From contig JACQVU010000180.1 of the NCBI GenBank assembly GCA_016209585.1, forward strand, positions 1 through 33,344: a stretch of DNA of 33,344 nt. The letters run 5' to 3'. Origin of the DNA: Planctomycetota bacterium. GTDB lineage: Bacteria; Planctomycetota; UBA8742; JACQVU01. Each line of letters opens with the position of its first letter. The stretch's first letter is position 1. The notes beneath the pieces are model-generated. The model made no database searches and had not been told where the DNA came from. It saw nothing but the letters and a program-made list of their open reading frames with translations. Below, piece by piece: positions 8,223-15,061 of the stretch. The position numbers and the translations under genes are program-made.

Positions 8223-11200
8223 GTGCGCCGGATAGACAACGCCCGGAACCTTCGCGCCCGTTTGCAGGCGGCCAAGGCCCACGCGGCCGAGCGCGCCCGC
8301 GCTCTGGCCGCCTCCGAACAGGTGCGCCGCGACCTGGAGACCGAGGCCGTCCGCCTGCGCCAGGCGCTGGACGCCCAGCACGGCGTGGCGCTGGACCTCG
8401 AAGCCCGCCTCGCCGACCTCACCCGGGAACTGGCCGGCCCCGTCGGCTCCGCCTGGCGCGCCCTGCGCGCCGGGCTGTTCAACCTCCGGGGCCGCGCCGT
8501 GGGGCGCTACCCGCCGGGCGCTCTCAGCCTCTCCGGCATGAAGCGCCATCCGGCGCGCGGGAGGGGCTGGCATCACGCCGAGGGGGCCGACCCCGAGATC
8601 ATCGTCGCCGGGCCTTTCGACCCCGGATGGACCGTGCTCGGCTTCACCGTGCAGGCCGACGCCGCCTGTTCGCTGGAACTGGTGGCGTTCAGCCCCGGCC
8701 GCGAAGCCCGCTGGGACGGCGGGCGGCTCTTCCCGGGCATGACCTGGCGCCAGTACGCGCTGGAGTTGCCGGACGGCGTGACCGACCTCGGCGTCCGGTT
8801 CCGTGGTTGGCCGGGGGGCGTCTTCTTCGCCAACCACGTCGCGCGCCGCGCCACCTGGTGGACGTGCCGGCTGCTGTCCCGGTCCGACGACGGTCGCGCC
8901 CGCCGCGCGCGCGGCGACCTGCTCGACGCCGGCCTGGGGCTGTTGCTGCCCGGCGCGGCCGCGCGCTACGTGCGGGCCTTTTCCCCGCCACCGGTCCCGG
9001 ACGGTCCGGCCACGGCCGCGCGGGCGCGGTCGGCGCGACGCGCCGGCCAGAACGGCGAAGATCGGCCGGATCTCGTGGAGCCGGTCTTCCGGCCCCTGCG
9101 CGGGGTCGCCCGCCACCCGGACCGGCTGCGCTTCCCGTGGCGCGCCGACGACGCCGATCCCCAGATGGTCGCCAGCGGCCCCTTCCCGGCGGGATGGGTC
9201 CGCTTCACGTGCGAGATCGTCGCGGAAGTCCCCTCCTGGGCCGTGCTTTACGTCGACGCGGGGCCGGGGGTCTCGGAGGCGCGGACCGTGACGCTCGGCC
9301 GGGTGGACGCCGCGCCCACCACCCTGGTGCGGATCGGCTGGTTGCCGAAAGAGACGCGCGCGCTGCGCCTCGACCCGATGACCGAGCCGGGCGGCTTCGC
9401 CATCACGCGCTTCTCCGTCCGGCGCGTGGACGACGACGAAGGCCGCGCCGCGGCTCTGCGGGACATCGCGGAGATGGCGCCTTACGGCCGGTGGCGCCCG
9501 GACGCGCCGCTGGAACCCCTGCGCGACCCCAGGCTGCGGGCCAATCTCCCGCGGTACGACGAGGCGCTGTTCGCCACGCTCTCGGAGATCGAAGTCCTGC
9601 GGCGCGACCCGTACGTCATTTTCCGGCGCGAACGGGATCGGGAGATCCCCACGCGAGCGGAGGCCGCGCGGGCGGTGGCGCGGATGGCCGATCCGCCGCT
9701 GGTGTCGATCATTTTCCCGGTGTTCAACTGTCCGGCGGAGTACCTGACGGCGGCCATCAGGTCCATCCGCGGGCAACTCTATCCGAAGTGGGAACTCTGC
9801 GTGGCCGACGACGCCTCCACCGCGCCGCACGTGCGGCCGCTGCTGCTGGCGCAGGCCGCCGCGGACTCCCGCGTTCGGATCATGTGGCGCGAGCGGAACG
9901 GGAACATTTCGGCGGCGTCCAACACGGCGCTGGAAATGGCGCGCGGCGAGTTCGTGGCGCTGGTGGACAACGACGACCTCATCGAACCCGACGCCCTGCT
10001 GCTCCTCGTCCAGGCCGCGCGCGCCCGTCCCGATGTAGACATGTTGTATTCGGACGAAGACAAGGTCGATGAGGTGGGCTGGCGGTTCATGCCCTTCTTC
10101 AAGCCCGACTGGTCGCCCGACTACCTCCACTCCTGCATGTACACCTGCCACATGGCCATGTTCCGCGCCAACCTGGTCCGGGAGGTGGGTGGCTTCCGGT
10201 CGCGGTACGACGGCGCGCAAGACTGGGACCTGGCGCTGCGGGTCTCGCGCCTTGCGCGGCGCATCGCGCACGTTCCCCGCGTGCTCTACCACTGGCGCTC
10301 GCATGCCACCTCCATGGCCCGCGCCACGGAAACCAAGCCCCACGCCCATTTCGCGGCCCAGGCCGCCCTCCGCGACTGGCTCGCGGCCGGCGACGTCGCC
10401 GGCCGCGTGGAGACCGGCCCGCTGCCCTGCATGTTCCACGTGCGCTATGAGATCGTCGGCGGTCCGCTGGTGAGCATCGTGGTGCCCACCGCGGGCGCGG
10501 CGCGCGCCGTGCGCGGCAAGCAGACCGACCTGGTGGCCAACCTCATCGAGCGCGTGCTGGCCATCACCGAGTACCCGAACTACGAGATCATCGTCGTGGC
10601 CGACGGCGACCTCCGGGCCGAGACCCGCCGGCGTATCGACCACCAGCGGGTGCGCGTTCTCCCCTTCCGGGAGCCGAAGTTCAACTTCGCCCGGAAGTGC
10701 AACCTCGGCGCCCGCGCCGCCCGCGGCGACCACGTCCTCCTCCTGAACGACGACACCGAACCCATCAACGGCGACTGGCTCACGGCCCTCTTGGAGTTCT
10801 CCCAGCAGAAAGACAACGGCGCCGCCGGCGCCAAGTTGCTCTTCCCCGACGGCACCATCCAGCACGTGGGCGTGACGTTGCAGGGGCGGTTGCCGGGCCA
10901 CCCGTTCTACGGCATGCCGGGCGGTTCGTCGGGCCATTTCAACAGCATCGACGTGCCGCGGAATTACTCGGCCGTCACGGGCGCCTGTTTGATGACCAAG
11001 CGCTCGCTCTACGAGGAGATGGGCGGCCTCGACGAAGCCTTCCCCGTCAATTACAACGACGTCGACTTCTGCCTGCGCCTGCGCCGCCGCGGCCTTTCCG
11101 TGGTCTACGTGCCCTACGCGACGCTCTACCACTTCGAGGCCCAGAGCCGCCGCGACGGCTCGGTGGCGGAGTGGGAGAAACAACTTTTCCTTCAGCGTTG

Positions 11201-11279
11201 GGGCGCGGAGTACGAGATCGACCCCTTCTTCAACCCCAATCTCAACCCCCGCTACGGCGACTTCCGGATGGGAATCTGA
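8223..11279 (+). CDS. Large multidomain glycosyltransferase with two GT2 catalytic domains
   Basis: The frame is open from TTG 8142, which overlaps folE. I tentatively start at GTG 8223, and this start is uncertain. The N-terminus is an Ala/Arg/Leu heptad-like stretch, followed by two copies of a ~110-aa module. GT2 domain 1 has PLVSIIFPVFNCPAEYL...VADDAST...LVDNDDL. GT2 domain 2 has PLVSIVVPTAG...IIVVADGD...LLLNDDTEP...GAKLLFPDGTIQHVGV. Confidence 0.8.
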   Translation: MRRIDNARNLRARLQAAKAHAAERARALAASEQVRRDLETEAVRLRQALDAQHGVALDLEARLADLTRELAGPVGSAWRALRAGLFNLRGRAVGRYPPGALSLSGMKRHPARGRGWHHAEGADPEIIVAGPFDPGWTVLGFTVQADAACSLELVAFSPGREARWDGGRLFPGMTWRQYALELPDGVTDLGVRFRGWPGGVFFANHVARRATWWTCRLLSRSDDGRARRARGDLLDAGLGLLLPGAAARYVRAFSPPPVPDGPATAARARSARRAGQNGEDRPDLVEPVFRPLRGVARHPDRLRFPWRADDADPQMVASGPFPAGWVRFTCEIVAEVPSWAVLYVDAGPGVSEARTVTLGRVDAAPTTLVRIGWLPKETRALRLDPMTEPGGFAITRFSVRRVDDDEGRAAALRDIAEMAPYGRWRPDAPLEPLRDPRLRANLPRYDEALFATLSEIEVLRRDPYVIFRRERDREIPTRAEAARAVARMADPPLVSIIFPVFNCPAEYLTAAIRSIRGQLYPKWELCVADDASTAPHVRPLLLAQAAADSRVRIMWRERNGNISAASNTALEMARGEFVALVDNDDLIEPDALLLLVQAARARPDVDMLYSDEDKVDEVGWRFMPFFKPDWSPDYLHSCMYTCHMAMFRANLVREVGGFRSRYDGAQDWDLALRVSRLARRIAHVPRVLYHWRSHATSMARATETKPHAHFAAQAALRDWLAAGDVAGRVETGPLPCMFHVRYEIVGGPLVSIVVPTAGAARAVRGKQTDLVANLIERVLAITEYPNYEIIVVADGDLRAETRRRIDHQRVRVLPFREPKFNFARKCNLGARAARGDHVLLLNDDTEPINGDWLTALLEFSQQKDNGAAGAKLLFPDGTIQHVGVTLQGRLPGHPFYGMPGGSSGHFNSIDVPRNYSAVTGACLMTKRSLYEEMGGLDEAFPVNYNDVDFCLRLRRRGLSVVYVPYATLYHFEAQSRRDGSVAEWEKQLFLQRWGAEYEIDPFFNPNLNPRYGDFRMGI

Positions 11280-11328
11280 TACAGAACATGGAGAATACGG
11301 GCGATATTTGAGGCACAGCGGAAGGAAC

Positions 11329-12585
11329 ATGATCCGACTGATTGAAGCGCTCAATTTCCGCTGCCTGCGCTATGTGAGCCGGCCGTTGGATCGGTTTCAC
11401 ATGCTCGTCGGACCGAACGCGAGCGGCAAGACGACCTTTCTCGACGTGATCGCGTTCCTCGGCGACATGGTTTCCGAGGGCCTGGACTACGCCTTGTCCC
11501 AGCGGGCCGAGTCGTTCGGAGATCTGCTTTTCGGGCGACAGGGGGACTGGTTCGAACTTGCCGTCGAAGTCGCGATCCCCAGCGATCGAGGACGTGAACT
11601 TCCTCCCGAGAAATTCGATACGATTCGGTACGAAGTTCGCATCGGCGTTACAGATCGCATCACCGAACCGGGCATCCTTCTGGAGAAGGTATGGTTGAAG
11701 CGTTGGAAACCGCCCGCGCCGCGTCCGCGCGCGATGTTCCCGCTGGAGCCTGACGCCCCCGCCTCTCTTGTTTCTCCAAAGGGTTCCGGGCGCCAGACGG
11801 TCCTTACAAAGAGCGGGGAGGGGGGCGACAATTTCTATAGCGAGGTCCGGATGGCCAAGCAAAAGGGGTGGTTCCCTTCGATCCGGCTTGGTCCGCGGAA
11901 ATCGGCGCTTGCCACCTTGCCCGACGATGAATCGAAGTTCCCCGTTTCCACATGGTTGAAGGGCTTTCTCACCACGGGCATTCAGCGGTGTGTGCTGAAC
12001 AGTCTGCTCATTCGGCGCGCGAGCCTTCCGGAAAAGAAAAGGGGGTTCAAGCCGGACGGCTCGAACCTTCCGTGGGTGATCGCGGAACTGGCGAAGCGCC
12101 GACCGGACAAATACGCCCAGTGGATTTCCCATTTGCGCACGGCGCTTCCAGACATCGAGACAATCAAGACGGTGGAACAGGAAGACGACAAGCGCCGCCA
12201 TCTGGTCGTTCGGTACAATGGGGGGCTGGAAGTGCCCTCCTGGATGGCTTCGGACGGCACGTTGCGCATGCTCGCGTTGACCCTTCCCGCGTATGTGCCC
12301 GAGTTCCGGGGTGTTTATCTGGTCGAAGAGCCGGAAAACGGCCTGCATCCGCTGGCGGTGGAGGTGGTTTCCCAGTCGCTTTCGTCGGTGTATGGAGCGC
12401 AGGTGTTGGTGGCGTCGCACTCCCCCGTCATTCTCAGTCTCATGACGGCCAAACAGGTGCTCTGCTTCCAGAAGGGCGCGTCCGGCGCGACCGACATCGT
12501 GGCCGGCACCGAACATCCCGCGCTCCGTGACTGGAAAGCGGATCCCAATCTCGGCACGATGTTCGCTTCCGGAGTCCTCGGATGA
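11329..12585 (+). CDS. ABC/SMC-like AAA ATPase (AAA_21/AAA_15 type), candidate sensor/motor of a two-gene module
   Basis: ATG 11329 is preceded by GGAAGGA. Walker A is LVGPNASGKTT. The ABC-signature-like motif is MASDGTLRML, Walker B/D-loop is VYLVEEPENGLHP, and the H-loop is LVASHSPV. About 270 residues are inserted between Walker A and the signature motif, as in AriA, AbiLi and PtuA-type ATPases. G+C is lower than in the flanks. Confidence 0.85.
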   Translation: MIRLIEALNFRCLRYVSRPLDRFHMLVGPNASGKTTFLDVIAFLGDMVSEGLDYALSQRAESFGDLLFGRQGDWFELAVEVAIPSDRGRELPPEKFDTIRYEVRIGVTDRITEPGILLEKVWLKRWKPPAPRPRAMFPLEPDAPASLVSPKGSGRQTVLTKSGEGGDNFYSEVRMAKQKGWFPSIRLGPRKSALATLPDDESKFPVSTWLKGFLTTGIQRCVLNSLLIRRASLPEKKRGFKPDGSNLPWVIAELAKRRPDKYAQWISHLRTALPDIETIKTVEQEDDKRRHLVVRYNGGLEVPSWMASDGTLRMLALTLPAYVPEFRGVYLVEEPENGLHPLAVEVVSQSLSSVYGAQVLVASHSPVILSLMTAKQVLCFQKGASGATDIVAGTEHPALRDWKADPNLGTMFASGVLG

Positions 12586-13217
12586 ACGGCACGACGCCAG
12601 TCCGGGATCTGGTCGTGCTCACGGCGTGCAAGAATGCGCAGTTCGCGATTCGGGGTCTGCTCATGCGGCGCCATTCGCCGGGCTTGCGGGCTATCGGGGA
12701 ACCGGGTTTTCTCGTTCACCCGGAACGCGATCCCGGCGTTCTCCGAAGCGGCCATGATCTCCTTCGTTCTTCCGCGAAGCAGTTCCACCATGCGCTCGTT
12801 GTCATGGACCGCGAGGGAAGCGGTGAAATGAAACTTGGCCGCGAAGAAATGGAGCAAGAAATCGAGAAACGCCTGGAAGCCAACGGGTGGGGAAATCGTG
12901 CCGCCGCCGTGGTGATCCAGCCCGAACTCGAATCGTGGGTCTGGAGCGACTCTCCTCACGTTCCAGAGATTCTCGGATGGGCGGCTCGACGCCCGCCGCT
13001 CGCAACCTGGCTTCGAGAAAACTCATGGATTGCGCCGCCATCTTCAAAGCCTGCTCGCCCAAAAGAGGCCTTGGAAAACGTCCTCATGACTACTGGAACG
13101 TCTCGTTCTTCCAGTATTTACGAATCGCTCGCGAAAAACGTGAGTCTCTCTCGCTGCGTCGATCCGGCGTTCAAGAAACTGAAGGAGACTCTCCAGCGGT
13201 GGTTTCCTGGGCAGTAG
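12582..13217 (+). CDS. Uncharacterised 211-aa protein coupled to the ATPase; possible Toprim-like effector (DUF4435/RloB/DUF4276 architectural class)
   Basis: The ATG overlaps the ATPase stop (ATGA, 12582..12585). The alternating strand/helix pattern carries acidic motifs: DLVVLTACKNAQFAIRGLL, HPERDPG, HALVVMDREGSG, VVIQPELESWVW. The C-terminus reads SLSRCVDPAFKKLKETLQRWF. I recognise no family with confidence. G+C is low, like its partner. Confidence 0.7.
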   Translation: MNGTTPVRDLVVLTACKNAQFAIRGLLMRRHSPGLRAIGEPGFLVHPERDPGVLRSGHDLLRSSAKQFHHALVVMDREGSGEMKLGREEMEQEIEKRLEANGWGNRAAAVVIQPELESWVWSDSPHVPEILGWAARRPPLATWLRENSWIAPPSSKPARPKEALENVLMTTGTSRSSSIYESLAKNVSLSRCVDPAFKKLKETLQRWFPGQ

Positions 13218-13479
13218 CATAGTGGCAAAGACGTGGCGGCCGGACGCGCCAGCCGAAAACGCCGGTCGAATTGGCGGGCACGGACTGCGGGACGGTGAAG
13301 CCGTGGCTGTGGCGGATGAAGACCCTGCTGCGCCAGAGCCGGACTGAAGGCGGCGTTCGAGAATTGCGAATGGCACACCGTGTTTCCGAACCCCAGCCTG
13401 CGAGACCTCAAGCGGCCCATCCTGCCGGCGGTCGCGTGAGGCGTCCAGGAGCGATCTGCACCCATGACCGACGCCCGGC

Positions 13480-13508
13480 CTGACACGCGCGGCTGAATCG
13501 GGTACACT
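13480..13508 (+). promoter_or_regulatory. Candidate sigma70-type promoter for the STAS gene
   Basis: CTGACA (13480..13485), a 17-nt spacer, then TACACT (13503..13508), lying 35 nt upstream of ATG 13543. This is a pattern match only. Confidence 0.3.
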
Positions 13509-13542
13509 CCCTGGGAGCAGGAAGACCAACCCCGCGCGCCCG

Positions 13543-13908
13543 ATGGCCAAGTTCCAGTTTTCCACCGAGTCCAACGGCGACGTCACCGTCGTCTACCTCC
13601 AGTCGCCGCGGCTGGACGAAAGCCACGCCGGCGAACTGGCCTATGAGTTGAACAAGACCGCCGAGAAGGAGTTTCAACCGAAGATCCTGATCAACATGAA
13701 GGACGTGACCTACATCTCATCGGCCATCATCGGGAAACTGGCGGCGTTCCAGAAGAAGATGAACCAGGACAAGGGCACGCTGAAGTTCTGCTCCGTCTCG
13801 TCGGCGGTGATGAAGGTGTTCCAGGTGACCCGCATGGACAAGATCTTCACGATCTACGGCGACGCCGTCGGCGCCATGAACGCCTTCCGCGCGGGGAAGG
13901 GCAAGTAG
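13543..13908 (+). CDS. STAS-domain protein (anti-sigma-factor antagonist, SpoIIAA/RsbV-like)
   Basis: 121 aa. The sequence GDVTVVYLQSPRLDESHAGELAYEL...ILINMKDVTYISSAIIGKLAAF....KGTLKFCSVSSAVMKVFQVTRMDKIF.IY has the classic STAS topology, with the phosphorylatable Ser context (ISSAIIG). Confidence 0.85.
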   Translation: MAKFQFSTESNGDVTVVYLQSPRLDESHAGELAYELNKTAEKEFQPKILINMKDVTYISSAIIGKLAAFQKKMNQDKGTLKFCSVSSAVMKVFQVTRMDKIFTIYGDAVGAMNAFRAGKGK

Positions 13909-13911
13909 GGG

Positions 13912-13927
13912 CGGGGGTCCCCCCCCG
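13912..13927 (+). terminator. GC hairpin just after the STAS stop (possible terminator or attenuator; no U-tract)
   Basis: CGGGGG-tccc-CCCCCG forms a 6-bp stem with a 4-nt loop, 4 nt after TAG 13906..13908. No T-run follows, so any intrinsic-terminator function is doubtful. Confidence 0.2.
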
Positions 13928-13959
13928 GTAGAACGCGGCGCCGACGCCGCTTCCTCACC

Positions 13960-15039
13960 ATGTTGCACGCCGTGGTCATGGCCGGTGGCGCCGGCACCCG
14001 TTTCTGGCCGCAGAGCCGCGTGGCGCGGCCGAAGCAGTTCCTGCCCTTCGGCGCCGACGGCCGCACGCTGCTGGCCGCCACCGTGGAGCGCCTCTTGGGG
14101 GCGGCGCCGCTGGAGCGCATCCTGGTGGTCACGGGCGCGGCCCACGCCGGCCTCGCCCGCGCGCAACTGCCTGATCTTCCGGCGGACAATCTGATCGTGG
14201 AGCCGGCCGGCCGCGACACCGCCCCCTGCGTCGGGCTGGCCGCGACCATCATCGCCCGGCGCGACCCGGACGGCGTGGTGGCCGTCTTCCCCGCCGACCA
14301 CTTCATCGAGCCGGCGGAAGACTTCGTCCGCGCCGTGCTCTTCGCGGCCGACGTCGCCCACCAGAGCGGCGGCATCGTCACCTTCGGCGTCCGCCCCGCC
14401 GGCCCGGCCACGGGGTACGGCTACATCCATGCCGGAAAGACGCTGGACGAGCGCGGCGGAGAGATCCTGCGCGAGGTTCTGGGCTTCGAGGAGAAACCCG
14501 ACCTGGAGTCCGCCCGGCGCTACGTCGAATCCGGCGAGTACTACTGGAACAGCGGCATGTTCGTCTTCACGGCGCGCGCCATGCTCACGGCCCTCGCGGA
14601 ACATGTGCCCGACATCGCCGCGCACCTCGCCGCCGTGGGGCGCGCGCTGGGAACGCCCGCCGAAGCCGAGACGCTGGAGCGTGAGTTCCTCGCCTGCCGG
14701 CGCATCTCCCTGGACTACGCCGTGATGGAGCACGCCCGCGACATTCGCGCCATCGTCTCCCGCTTCCGCTGGGACGACGTCGGCGCGTGGGACGCCCTCG
14801 CCCGCTTCCAGGCTCCCGACGCCGAAGGCAACGTGGCCGCCGGCGAACGGGTGCTGCACCGCGCCCGCGGCTGCACCGTGGTCTCCGAGGGCGGCCTCGT
14901 CGCCCTCGTGGGCGTCGAAAACCTCGTCGTCGTCCGCACCCCCGACGCCACGCTGGTCGTCCACCGCGACGCCGTTCAGGACACGAAGAAGGTGGTCGAC
15001 GCCCTCAAGGCCGACCCGCGCTTCGCCAAGTACCTGTAA
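13960..15039 (+). CDS. manC: Mannose-1-phosphate guanylyltransferase (GDP-mannose pyrophosphorylase)
   Basis: MLHAVVMAGGAGTRFWPQSRVARPKQFL (the GGxGTRxWPxSR signature), EPAGRDTAPC, FPADHFI, TFGVRP..PATGYGYI, FEEKPD and YYWNSGMFVF. Confidence 0.9.
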   Translation: MLHAVVMAGGAGTRFWPQSRVARPKQFLPFGADGRTLLAATVERLLGAAPLERILVVTGAAHAGLARAQLPDLPADNLIVEPAGRDTAPCVGLAATIIARRDPDGVVAVFPADHFIEPAEDFVRAVLFAADVAHQSGGIVTFGVRPAGPATGYGYIHAGKTLDERGGEILREVLGFEEKPDLESARRYVESGEYYWNSGMFVFTARAMLTALAEHVPDIAAHLAAVGRALGTPAEAETLEREFLACRRISLDYAVMEHARDIRAIVSRFRWDDVGAWDALARFQAPDAEGNVAAGERVLHRARGCTVVSEGGLVALVGVENLVVVRTPDATLVVHRDAVQDTKKVVDALKADPRFAKYL

Positions 15040-15061
15040 ACGTGACGCCCTCGCGGGCGCG

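Noticed and set aside
8160-11354. Longest ORF in the window (1064 aa, minus strand)
   Set aside because: It is exactly antisense to the double-GT2 gene, whose plus-strand frame carries clear GT2 motifs. The minus translation is Arg/Ala/Gly/Pro/His-rich with no recognisable motif. This is the typical open antisense frame of very G+C-rich DNA.
11242-12516. 424-aa minus-strand ORF inside the low-G+C islet
   Set aside because: It is antisense to the ATPase, whose plus frame contains Walker A, signature, Walker B and H-loop motifs in the correct order. The minus translation has none.
15046-15059. Short GC hairpin (CGCCC-tcgc-GGGCG) between convergent manC and the hybrid kinase
   Set aside because: It has only a 5-bp stem and no flanking T/A tracts, so it is too weak to call a bidirectional terminator.
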